This document shows positions 36,828 through 49,024 of a stretch of 64,000 nt of DNA, piece by piece. The stretch's first letter is position 1. The number at the start of each line of letters is the position of its first letter. The DNA comes from Somniosus microcephalus (Eukaryota). The stretch lies in assembly GCA_052327205.1 (NCBI GenBank), contig CM126203.1:177258001-177322000 (forward strand), in the 5' to 3' direction. The position numbers and the translations under genes were made by a program. The notes under the pieces are model-generated. The model ran no database searches, was not told the DNA's origin, and saw only the letters and a program-made list of their open reading frames with translations.

Positions 36828-39781
36828 GCTTCTGGTATATGCCTCAGTTGAGGAAGCGCTCAGTGAAGGTGGCGAGAGGGGTTTCCCAGGAGGTCACACT
36901 GGAGATGGGTGTCAGGCTCCAAACTTCCACAGCTGTGGTTAAGCCTTCTGAAATTTCCCCCAGAACTGAGACAAGAAAGCCCTGCCACCTGCAAATGATG
37001 GCTGATCAAATCTCCTCTTTAATGGTTGACCTGCAGCTGATAGTCAGCAATCCAATTGTGTTCCCGCCAGGTTTCACCGGCGTGTTTCACACCAGGCGTG
37101 TTTCATGTGGGAAAAGGGTTAAATTGGCAAAGGCCTTTCAAAATGGCATTATAGAGGCAATTTAGTGATTGTTAAGGGCCTTAATGGCCTATCCCGCCTC
37201 TTGGAGGCGGGACGGGGAGGGGACCATTAGACACGAATGAATTAAAATTGCACAGAGGCGGGATGGTTAGGCGGGGATGGTCCCGCCCACCAGTTTTCGC
37301 GATTTTAACCCCCACATGCCTCCAATCATACCTCCACGGCTCAATGAAAATCCTGCCCAATGGCTTGGAGCAATTTAAGTTCTCCCAACCGCGCAAAAAT
37401 ACAGTCAAATTTCTATTTATTTGTGTATATATTTCACACATATTTCATTTGCCGAAGCCATTAAAGGTATAAAATTCCACTTAAAGGGAATTAGAGAGAA
37501 CTGCAAATTGAAGTAAGGCTTTGGTCATCTAAAAAAGTCAAACTTTAAGTTGTTGCTAAGGATGACCAGCTTTATTCAGATTTTGTACAGTTGACAACAC
37601 TAATCATTCTATTGCATTGGTTTCACCTCAAATCATAGTCCTTCAGTGTGTGGCATTAACAGCTATAGGCTTATAGGAAGGAGGTCAGTGACCTTCTCAC
37701 GAGCATTCATCCCATAGGCCTTTCTGAGCACTAGCATTTTCATAGGTGCCACTCATCGGAAATGGCAACTGCTAAAATGGAGATCCTTGCAGCAATGTTT
37801 CAACACACTGTCAGCATTTTTGACAAGGGCTTAGCATGTGAAAGTGTTACTTCCGGCTGAATGGTGCAGCCATGCTGCTGGTTTTGCCCTATTTGAGTCT
37901 TATCAGTAGACTGTGGTGAAGAGGTCACATTAGTGGAATTGACCGTGTCAAATAGTTATCGGCTTCTGTCTTGTCATTTTTATGTGAGGGCCTGCTTTCC
38001 TTAATCTGTGGTGATTGCAGCTACCATTTTAGGTCAGAAGTAGGTTTTCAAAGAGAAAACTAGGGAACTTACTCCATTACTAATGGCACAATTTATCTTA
38101 GTTTTGTGATAAATGTCAAAACACCAGATTTGCTCAGCAGTTTGCTACTGAATACATGCTGTTATTGTAGATAGTGAAGCTTGAAAGAGATGGTTACTTT
38201 GCAGATAGTGCAGTGATAGACAACATAACGCGTGACAAAATTCTCACCTTTCTATTCACTGAAAATCAAACAAACAATTTAATACATTTGTAATGAACAG
38301 AGTCCTGATATCAAGGATTTGGAATTATAGCTGCTGATAAAGGTTTGCAACAAAAGTTCCTCTTGCCCAGTGTACCTGACAAAACTGTCCACTGTCACAG
38401 GAATTGAATCTTTAACCTGGATGCCCCAGAAACTTAACAAAAATGCATCCTTGAATATTAAGAATTTGTCATTAAAAAGGTTCAACCTTTGGGATTCAGG
38501 TCAAGCTATGCATCAACAATGAGTCATTCAGTAATGGTGAAGATTTAAGAGGATTTTGTTGAAGTGAAGAATAAGATTTCCTCATATATTAGTAGCAGTA
38601 AGATGGTGAAAAGTGTTTTCTCACAGATGCGTAAGCCTGAAAGGAAAGAAGACTGAAGTGGATTTGCCTTTGCAGGACATTGACTTATGAGGAGATTGGA
38701 CTTCTATTTACTTGATGCATAAGACTCTCATTTTCAGTCATTAGTTCAGCCTGAAATAACCCACAGCTGTGACAACAGCTGGATCTTATATCTAAATAAA
38801 ACAGCTGAAATCCTAGTTAATTGTTCTTTGTGAAGATGAATCTGAGCTAGATGAAGTGAAGCACTTTCTGTAACAAACACTGTCATAACTCTTCACTATA
38901 TTATTAACATAAGACAACCAGAGTTTACTTTTCAAAATGAGCTGAAAAAATCTGGCATTTACATTACCATAACCGAAATGTGTCTTTTAGAAAAAAAATG
39001 CAAATCTGTTTAAGCTCTGTACTGAGTAAGAACCTTAGCTGTGCCATACCTTAAAACTTGGTGAACTAAAAATGTAACATTAGTTTGACGAAAGCTACTT
39101 TACATTATGGGTATGAAAAATATTTGCTTGAAATACCACGGCTATCACAACTACCCATAAGTTCAATTATGGTTTATAGAAATGTTCACGAGTCCAGGAC
39201 AGCCACAAAATATTTCTGTTTTGACATAGGTACCATTTTATGTAAATATTCTGTGCATATTTCCTTCCATATTCACTCTCCAATTTTCTTTTACCTCTCC
39301 TAAAGATGCATATTCTGGAGAATGGTTCCACGGGGTTCTGGCCACATTCCAGTACATCACCCAAACAGCCATTCTTCATGTGTGAGCTTCAACGGTGAAC
39401 ATTGGTAGGAAGCTATTTAACCGCAGGGAACATCACCAACCGAATGTGATCCTGCCCTCAGCCAACATCTGCAGTCATGCAAACTTATCCCTTCCTATTC
39501 CAGGGTTGGTAAGACCTGTAGCATGCTGACCACAGCTAATTCAGTTCAGGCCAGAGATTGAACTTAAGACTTTCTTATTCTCTATCACTTGTAGCAACCA
39601 AAATGGGCGGGATGTGAAATCCTTTTTTTTAAAGTCCAAATGGCACTCATAAATGTGGAGCAGAAACAGCAGTTCCTGATAGGACAGGAGTGAAAGGTAC
39701 AGCTGCACCTCACAGGTCGTGTATCCACCTGTCCTCACTACACAGCCCACGCTTATTGGCCCACACAATTCCACATGGGCT

Positions 39782-40720
39782 TGTAAGGGGTTTTCTCCGA
39801 TACTGGTCCCCCGTTACACACAGTTCTTGGACATCAGGATTTATAAGAACAAAATACACACGGGACAGGGTTTGGCTCAACCTTTGATTCGTTCATTTAT
39901 TGAATACACACACACAATTACCTTCTCAGTATAAATCCCTATGATTTATATTAGACTAACAACCCCAAAATACAAACCCCTACGCAAGGGTCATTTGCAT
40001 CGACACAATATGACACAGTTAAACCCGTCCACGATTTGACTGTTACATATAAAGTTACTCAGACTCAATCACAAAAACCCCCTCTATGATTTGACTGAAT
40101 CATACAATCACCACTCCCGATCGGCTGGCCACTGGAGTTGCTTGTAGGCCCGAAATCTTCTGCTTGCTGTTCTTGAGTTAGCTCCCCACGCCGACTCTCT
40201 TCAAAGTGCCTTACTTTAAACCAAAACCAACTTGCAATATCTTGAAACACATTTCCTGACCCCCCCTGTGCATACGAGGGCCGTATCAAAATGTGTGAAT
40301 GTCTCTAGCAGAGAACAGTTGATGGCTAATTGTCCCTCGTATTGTCCATTGATTTCTGTATTGAGGTCCTTTCTGACAATGCAACCTTCCCAAGGTGACT
40401 GCATATGCTAGTTGTTGGTTTCAGTTAGCATTTGTATTCAAATGGTTCAGGACCCAGCCCATTGTCTAGGCCTGCACTGATACCATGGTCCAAAGTGAAG
40501 AATGTAATAAGGTACATGAATTTGCGAATATTCTTGTTCAGAAGCATTCGTATTTTAGATTGTCTGTGATCCAGCCTCTTGATGGTTCATAGCTTCGGTT
40601 GCAATGTTTGAATTAACCCTTTATTGCCCATCTCTTTTTGTGGGCTGTGCAGTTCTGGGTTTTTATATTTCATAGTCCAATTTTTACCATGGTGGGGGGG
40701 GGGGAGGAATGGATCCTACA
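39782..40720 (-). mobile_element. Probable long solo LTR, 939 bp
   Basis: TGTAAG...CCTACA termini; 4-bp TSD GGCT; TTTATT (AATAAA on -) at 39896. Confidence 0.7.
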
Positions 40721-40819
40721 GGCTTCAGAGGAGACCTGTCCTTGATACCTTCACTCCACAAAAGAAGTTGCCCCCTAGTGATGCCATTTCTTGGAGGCTA
40801 GGACAATTGGAGCTCAGAT

Positions 40820-40977
40820 AGAGCTGTACAGAATTTTATTAGGTAAGATAAGGGTGTTAAGGAATATGGAGCAAAGTCAGGAAAATGGATCTGAGGTAGA
40901 GATCAGCTAAGTTCTAATTAAATGATGGAGTAGGGCCGAGGGGCTGAATGGCATACTCCTGTTCCTAATGTTCCTAT
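40820..40977 (+). mobile_element. Old CR1 3'-end fragment
   Basis: AAGGGTGTTAAGGAATATGG...GAGGGGCTGAATGGCATACTCCTGTTCCTA. Confidence 0.7.
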
Positions 40978-43427
40978 ATAATGAAATCATAGGCCTGTTT
41001 GAAAATAGCGGGCTTATGATTTCATTACACATAAGATTCTGAGAAAAGCTTCCCCTCAGTGTGTAATGTCAATGTTAGAAAGCTGATTGGAAGGAGGCAA
41101 CAGGGTGACACATACCTCACATTTCCAGAATTGTCCTGACTACCAGTATAGTGCCACATTTAGGTCAGTGTTAATATTTTAAAAAGTGTTTTTCTAATAT
41201 ATATTTCAGTCCTGCTCCACTCAGCTCTGATCTGAGCCTCATGAAGCAAAGAACCAAACAGACTTGTGGCATCTCCTTAGTGGGCTCCTGTGACTCTTGG
41301 TAGTTAGCTAAAGGTGGTCATCCAGGAGCAGGCTACACTCCTGTCCTCTTGGCAGCAGGACTCAGGCCAGATAGACAAAGGAACGGGGACAAAAATACAA
41401 AAAGCAGCTGTGGAAACTTAGTTAAATGTAAAAACAAAGGATATTATTTTTTTGTTGCCGGTTTGAAATTCAGTAAGTCAATATGTATGATGTTGCAATA
41501 CCTCCCCAAATTCTACTTATGCTGATCGAATATTACAGCTGATTGCAGACTCACAGGTGGGTGGACAGGCAGTGTCGCAGCAAATTATTACAGCCCATAT
41601 TGACTAAAGCAGGCCATGATAGTAGAAGGATAAGCTCTCAGTAAAACACAATTAATGAAAATGAGCTTGTTATAACAAGAGTCATGAGATAGAGAATATT
41701 GGAGTAATTTAAGGGGAGACAAACATAGCCTGAATTTTTTTTCCATCACAATGCGAGTCCCGGTGCAGTGGAAATGTGTTATCATTACACTGTGGGACCA
41801 ATTGGTATCCCCTGCTAACAATAGCTAGAATTGTTACTTTATTAGGAATCCTGCCACCCCGGTAAATACATTTCTGTGCACAATCAGTAGTTTTGCTGTG
41901 TCATGGTACCCGCCTTGGAGTCAGAGCAGTGGAAAATTGGATGTGAGACATAGAACAATTAACGGCTGCAACCATAGAGCTGATTTTATGTGTGCACTCT
42001 CCCTGCAAGGAGCTTTGCTCGTCGGGAGCATACATCAGGAAATTGTGGGTGAACGCCCCATGATTTTGCATCCAATAAAATGGATGGAACGAAAATGACA
42101 GAGAGCATGCCTGGGATTTCCTGACCTACACTCATGACGGGAGAGGATCCCGCTGGTGTGTAATTTTGTAAGATCAGCCCTCATAAGAGAGCCTGTAATG
42201 AGTAAAGGTATTGCGGCCGTCAACTTCACACCTTCCAGAGATCCTGTACAATTTACTGGGCCATGGACTTCATCCCATTCATTTAAATTCACAAAATATA
42301 AATATGTTTGATTTCTCCCAGAAGATAATTAAGCCAAACTCCAGATTAACTATGTAACTGCCGTTCTCTATACTTACATTTAATTCAGCTTTCGTGTTTC
42401 CCAACCAGTACTCCCTCCTCCCACCGCTTGGAAATCCTGCCCCAGTAAAGATCAGGGCCATTGTGCCTGTACCTTTATGTGACAAATTGAGTGTAATGAG
42501 GTAGCACCTAACATTACATGACAGCCCTTTACTCAACCATAAGAATTTCTAGTTTACCCTGTTTAGGATAAAATGATCGTGGTCCTGGGCTCCCAAGGTG
42601 TATACAAATGAAAAGTACCAAGGTTTAACAAGGAAGTGCATGCCAATACAAATAAATGAAGAAACACTCAGGTTAGCACATCCCAATAGTTCAAATTCAG
42701 TCTGCTGAAAAATGTGAAACAGTGGTCGGAATAACATAATCCCATTTAAAGTATCCAACTGTAAGTAAAGCAGTTATTCACATCAGCACCCAAAATGAAC
42801 ATGCGTCTATATGGGTGCAAACAATACATCTGATGTCATCCCACAGTGAGAATTCAGCTTTATGTGGGTTAATGGTGAACTTAGTGCGTAGGTCACACTT
42901 GCTCAGCTAACCTGCAGAAAATGCTTTGGTACTCAGGAGCCTAGCATAAAAGTGGCAATAGGACTATTCTATTGGTAGGCGACAAAAATTTTTTAATAGT
43001 AATTAAGGAGTTAGCATTAGAACAGATTGTACATTTTGGAAAGTTTGTTTTAACATCCAGTCAAAATTATTTTTGGCCTTTTATATAAGTAACTAGCTGG
43101 GGGGGGCCCGGCGTTGCCAAGGCTTTTTTGTAAAACAGCAGTTTACAGGGCCGCGTGGTTTACGGCCGGCCGCTGCCGCTCCCCCGCTCTGTGTCTCGGG
43201 CCGAGCGGTTGTGAGGCCCGGCCCGAGTGACCCCCAACTCACCTCCCGCTCCGGCGGGCCGGGAGAGCGGGATACTGTGCCGGAGCCGCACTGTGGGGGT
43301 TTGTTGTGCTGGTGCTGTCGCTGTCGGTATTAAAAAAATGGCCGTGACGTTTCGGGAGGCTGCAGTATTAGGCCCGCCCACACATGGAATGAAATGCCCC
43401 CCGTGATGCAAGAGAGAGAGAAAGACT

Positions 43428-43669
43428 NNNNNNNNNNNNNNNNNNNNNNNNNNNNNNNNNNNNNNNNNNNNNNNNNNNNNNNNNNNNNNNNNNNNNNNNN
43501 NNNNNNNNNNNNNNNNNNNNNNNNNNNNNNNNNNNNNNNNNNNNNNNNNNNNNNNNNNNNNNNNNNNNNNNNNNNNNNNNNNNNNNNNNNNNNNNNNNNN
43601 NNNNNNNNNNNNNNNNNNNNNNNNNNNNNNNNNNNNNNNNNNNNNNNNNNNNNNNNNNNNNNNNNNNNN
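43428..43669. other. Assembly gap (N run)
   Basis: 242 N. Confidence 1.
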
Positions 43670-44718
43670 GGGGCGAGAGAGGGGAGAGATAGAGACGGGA
43701 AGATAGAGAGAGAGAGAGAGAGAGACTGGGTAGAGAGAGAGAGACATGGGAGAGAGAGAGAGAGTAGAGAGACGGGGGAGAGAGAAGAGAGAGACTGGGG
43801 AGAGAGAGAGAATGGGGAGATGGAGGAGAGAGAGCGACTGAGGGGGGAGAGAGAGAGAGGGAGAGACTGGAGAGATAGAGAGAGAGACTGAGGGGGAGAG
43901 AGAGAGCGACTGAGGGGGAGGAGAGAGAGAGAGACTGGGGGGAGAGAGAGAGAGACGGGGGAGAGAGAGAGTAGAGAGACTGAGGGGAGAGAGAGGAGAG
44001 AGACTAGGGAAGAGAGAGAGAGAATGGGGGAGATAGATAGAGAGAGAGAGAGACTGAGGGGGAGAGAGAGAGAGAGAGAGAGACGGGGGAAGGGAGAGAC
44101 TGGGGAGAGAGAGAGAGACTGGGGGAGATAGAGAGGGAGAGAGAGAGAGACTGAGGGGAGAGAGAGAGAGATGGGGGAGAGAAAGAGAGTAGAGGGAGAG
44201 AGTGGGGGGAGGAGAGGAGACTGGGGGAGAGGGAGAGAGTGGGGGGGGAGTGAGAGAGAGAGAGACTGGGGGGGAGGGAGAGACTGGGGGAGAGAGAGAG
44301 ACTGGAGGGGAGAGAGAGAGAAACTGGGGGGAGAGAGAGACTGGGCGAGGAGAGAGACTGGAGGAGAGAGAGAGACTGGGGGAGAGGAGAGAGAGACTGG
44401 GGGGAGAGAGGAGAAAGACTGGGGGAGAGAGAGAGACTGGGGTAGAGAGAGAGAGACTGGGAGAGAGAGAGAGAGACTGGGAGGAGAGAGAGAGTGACTG
44501 AGGGGGGAGAGAGAGAAGGGGAGAGAGAGAGAGAGAGAGAGAGATGGGAGACTGGGGAGATGGGAGAGAGGGCGAGACTGGAGGAGGGAGAGTCTGGAGG
44601 ATGAGAGAGAGACTGGGAGACTGGGGGAGAGAGAGAGACTGGGAGATAGAGAGAGAGAGGGAGAAGAGGAAGACTGAGGGGGGTGAGAGGAGAGAGACTG
44701 GGGAGAGAGAGAAGAGAG
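43670..44718. repeat. GA-rich low-complexity satellite (GAGAGACTGGGG variants)
   Basis: Direct reading. Confidence 0.95.
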
Positions 44719-45043
44719 TCACCCAGCTGAGTAGGCTGGGCACAGTGAAAGCATTGATTTCTTTATGACAGCACAAAAACTGCTCTGACATCATAGCAGC
44801 TCTTCGACATCACAGTCACTCAATGCTAATGAGGGGATAATGAGCGGAATTTTGAACGTTTTTGGGATACCGTGGGCACAAATTTTGTCTCACCGAAACA
44901 TAAATACACCTATGACTGGTCCGGAATCGTAAGCTTTCTTTTGATGTAACACACGTGTAGGTACGCTCTATAACTTTTGCGTGTATAGAGAACGGACAAG
45001 ACAGACATCGGGACAGACAGAAGAGCCGCTTTATATATATAGA

Positions 45044-46512
45044 CTAGCTGGGGAGCCCCGCGTTGCGAGGGCAATTTTGGGGCGCGAGGGCAATTTTGGG
45101 GCGTTTGGTCTCCCTGCCCCTGTGTGTCCCGCCTCTCCCTGTCATGTCCTCTCCCTGTCCTATCCCTCCCCTCCCCTCTCTCCCTCCCCTCCCCTCTCTC
45201 CTCCCTCCCCTCCCCTCTCTCCCTCCCCTCCCCTTCCCCTTCTCTCCCTCCCCTCCCTCCCCTGTCTCCCTCTCCCCCCCCCACCCCTCCCCCACTCCCC
45301 CGCTCTCCCCACTCCCCTCTGTCCCTCTCTCCGGCCCCTCCCCCTGCCTAGCGAGCCCCGCGTTGCGAGGGCAATTTTGGGGTGCGAGGGCAATTTTGGG
45401 ACGTTTGGTCTCCCTGCCCCTGTGTGTCCCCCCTCTCCCTGTCATGTCCTCTCCCTGTCCTATCCCTCCCCTCCCCTCTCTCCCTCCCCTCCCCTCTCTC
45501 CCTCCCCTCCCCTCTCTCCCTCCCCTCCCCCTCCCCTCTCTCCCCTCCCCTGTCTCCCTCTCCCCCCCTCCCCTCCCCCACTCCCCTCTGTCCCTCTCTC
45601 TGGCCCCTCCCCCTGCCTAGCGCCTGAGGTCCGGTGCCGTTGCTGAGGTCCCCCGCGTATCGCGCGGCTGATGGACGGCCGCTGCATGCGGGCGGGCGGC
45701 GCAATGCGCGGTGAGTGCGGGCGGCGCATGCGCGGTGAGTGCGAGCGGCCCGCGGGAGCCGGCAAGGGCCGTTAGCGAGCGGGAAACTTCAGGCGGCGCG
45801 CTCGCGCTCCGTCCGTGACACCTGAGAGGGGGAAGTAGAGCGAGACAGAGAGGGAAGAGGAGAAGGAGAGAGAGGGAAGAGGAGAGGAGGGAAGAGGAGA
45901 AGGGAGAGAGAGGGAAGAGGAGAAGGAGAGAGAGAGAGGGAAGAGAGAGAGAGAGAGAGAGAGAGAAATTTTTTCAGCTTCAGGCCCCGAGTCCCCCCTG
46001 CGCGAGGGTGAGGAGGAGGGGGGGGGGGTTGCTAAACACAATATAAAAACTCAAATAAATTGTTAATTAATTGCCTAACACCATAATTGAAATATTTACC
46101 TTAGTTCCCTAACACACAGAAAGTGTGGGGGAAAAAATTGTGGAAAATCAAGATGGCGGCCACTCACCTCGGTTCAGAAGGATAAGGCCCGCCCCACACA
46201 CGCACCGATTGGTCGACCGGTCAGGTCACCGAAGCATAGGATTGGTCAATCGTCGAGTCACTCGACACTCAACTGTAGGAAGACCTCGACGTCACACGGT
46301 CGCTAATGAGATGCTAATGAGCGGAACGCTGAACGTTTTTGGGATACCGCGGGCGGGATTTTTGTCCGTCCGAAACGTAAATACGCCTATGACCGGTCCG
46401 GAATCGCAAGCTTTCTTTTGAGGTGACGCGCGCGTCGGTACGCTCTGTAACTTCCAAACGTATAGAGACCAGGCGGACAGACAGACAGAAGAGCCGCTTT
46501 TATATATATAGA
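45044..46512 (-). mobile_element. Non-autonomous Helitron B, head-to-tail with A
   Basis: On -: A|TCTATATATATAAAAGCGGCTC start; hairpin GCCCTCGCAACGCGGGGC, then TCCCCAG-CTAG, joined directly to the TC of Helitron A. Confidence 0.82.
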
Positions 46513-47208
46513 TGTGGTTTATCTTAATAAGCTTGACAAATAAACTTGAAATTGTTAAAAAAAAAACTACGCCCGGTACAACGAATGACTTCTACCCAAG
46601 CAGCTTGCCTGGAACACCATCAAACTCAGTGCTGCGCATCTGCTGTGTCCTCTGGAGACAATAACTATCAAGTACTTTACTGGTTCAATCAAATTGCAGC
46701 CAGCCTTTATTCCTTTTCACTTGCCTGCATTTTATACATTAATAGTTGATGATATTTATTGATGAATTTGTCTTGGTATTCCAGCTGGATTGAAACCAGC
46801 AGTGTGCTTTCCTACAGAGCCACAGGTTCTGCCAAGTACAAAGATATTGGCCCAGCTGCTTTCTGTAAGTTTCGAACAAATTTTGAGTTTACTGAGTGGA
46901 TCTAAATTGAAAAAGTACATTCATATACAAACATTTCTATTCCAGATACTGTTCCAACGCCAACAGGATTGGTCTTCCATAGGATAACATTTTACATTAA
47001 TCAGGTAAGACATGGAAATATTGAACAAATATAACATGATGCCGGTTGAATAAATATAACTGTCATGCAGTCTAATGCTCAAAATATAATTGGCCCCATT
47101 ATCCTGTGTCTGTAGATTTTATGGCTGTCATAAATTATAGTCATTTCTGAAAACTAGCTTTTCAACTTCCTTCTTGGAATGAAAACCCAAGTATCTGTCC
47201 CAGTAAAA

Positions 47209-47780
47209 TCATAGAACTATAGAAGTTTACAGCACAAAGGAGGCCATTTGGCCCAAAGTATCTAGTTCCTTGATAGAGCTGTCGAAAACTACTCCCACTG
47301 CCTTGTTCTCTCCCCATAGCCCTGTATTTTCCTTTGCTTCAAATGTTAATTCAATTTTCGCTTAAAAGATGCAATGGTCGCCCTACCTCAACCATACCCT
47401 GAGGCAAAGCATTCCGTGTACCAACAAACCTCTAGGTAAAGACATTTCTCCCACCCTCTTTCTTCACTCCCTTAATAATATTTTAAATTGATGACCCCTA
47501 ATTATTGACTCTCCAACTAGAGGAAATAGTCTTTCACTATTCATTTTATCAATAGAGATTTTGAAAATTATGAAGGGTTTTAAGTCTCCTTTTCTGCTCT
47601 AGTGAAAATAATCCTAGTATCACTACCCTCTCCTCATAACTTAGTTTCCCATCGCTGGCATCCTCTCTGGTAAATCTGCACTGTAGGTTCTTGATGGCTT
47701 TAATGGGATGCCCAAAACTGTACACAATACTCTAACTGTGGCCTAAACAATGCTTTGTATAAGTGTATAATTATTTTGTT
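47209..47780 (-). mobile_element. Old CR1 3' fragment
   Basis: CATAGAACTATAGAAGTTTACAGCAC..GGAGGCCATTTGGCCC tail; CCAAAACTGTACACAATACTC (EYCVQFW on -). Confidence 0.75.
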
Positions 47781-47896
47781 ACTCTTTTAATAGTCAAATA
47801 GTGTAGCCACATGGACAGAGTCTTATTCCTTCATTATTTTAAAGACCTCAATCAAACTTCCTTACAATTTACGCTTTTCTAGAGTAAAAAGACCTA

Positions 47897-48620
47897 GGGG
47901 GAGAAATTCAGTTGGTTAGCAGCTCCCGTTAGCACTGTGGGGGAGGGGGGGTCACTAACAGGGCGCTAAGGGGTTAGTGGACCGGGTGCGACGAATGCCG
48001 CAACGCCCGGGAATTTCATTTCCGGTTTAGCGCTGGCGTTACCTCTTACCGCCTGGGCCTCGAGCACTTCACAGATCGTGACACCATCAAGTGCGCAGCG
48101 CCCCGTTACCACCCCGGATGTGAAATTGCCTCCCGCCCCCCCGCTGTATCGCTGGCCGTGAACAATGGCAGGAAGAGGAGTCGTTGTCCACTCGGCTGGC
48201 CGCTTGGGGAGCACTAGTTAAAGGGAAGGGTTTTCAGGTCGGCCAACCTTTAATATTTCCACCAGTCTGGTTCCTGCTAAAAGTTTTTGGTCGCTTAACT
48301 GCTACAAGATGTCCGAGCCCTCCACTTTGTCGAGTGTTTGGGGCTGTAATGGCAGTCGCTCAGGCCGCCTTGTAGAGGGAAGCAGCCTCTGATGCCGTTA
48401 GCAATGCACTCCAAATTGTTCAGCGCTCTGCTGCTACCACCCCACTCCCGGACTTTAGCGCCCTAGGAGAAGTGGTTGGCGCTTCATTTAGCACTCCACT
48501 TCCCTCTTGGAGCGCTAAAGCTGAATTTCCTATCAGGAGAGAATCATTAGCACCTGGCACTACCTTTCCTACTTTTCAAAAGTTAGTGCCCCAACCAGGG
48601 CGATACCCAATTTCTAGCCC
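47897..48620. mobile_element. Harbinger MITE, about 724 bp
   Basis: TIRs GGGGGAGAAATT and AATTTCTAGCCC; TSD CTA or TAG (1-nt ambiguity); TTAGCGCC-like motifs. Confidence 0.8.
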
Positions 48621-49024
48621 TAGGCTCTTAACTAAGGGCTTTTAATCTAGATATCACTTTAGTGGCCCATTCTCTGAAACCTTCCAGAGCCTGTTGGGAG
48701 AGGGGGTGAATTTCCTTGCCATTTCCACTGTTTAAGGTGCGCTTGAATGGCATTGGCAATTTTTCTAGTGAGGAAACTCAGAGAAGCTGGTTCCAGTGTT
48801 TGTGCACCTTTAAAAATCTTCCCCCCTAATGTTCTCATGATCCTGGAGCTGTTACGTGATCCGTCCACTAGTAGCCGCTAGTGGATGGGTGTTTCCTGGA
48901 CTTACCTTGGTAGTGCACTTGGAGTAAGTTATAGCAGTTTCAATGAAGCGTCACAGCTGTCAGGATCAGCTGTTAAAGGTTAGAATTTCCTGAAATAGAA
49001 CAGGCTGGAGATCTTTTATTTAAT

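Larger units (their letters stand above)
33075..37358. mobile_element. Harbinger transposon, full length, decayed
   Basis: TIRs GGGCTGGATTTTAATT and AATGAAAATCCTGCCC; perfect TSD AAT. Confidence 0.93.
43093..45043 (-). mobile_element. Non-autonomous Helitron A
   Basis: On -: begins TCTATATATATAAAG; ends with hairpin GCCTTGGCAACGCCGGGC, then CCCCCCCCAG-CTAG, followed by T; no TSD. Confidence 0.8.

Noticed and set aside
43160-44794. 544-aa S/L/P-rich ORF and overlapping E/R/G-rich ORFs
   Set aside because: Low-complexity GA repeat spanning an N gap
44910-46041. Pro-rich and Gly/Arg-rich ORFs
   Set aside because: C/T-rich repeats inside Helitron B; no domain signal
48907-48970. Candidate - strand coding exon with AAG|GTAAGT donor
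   Set aside because: Stops in all frames from either acceptor
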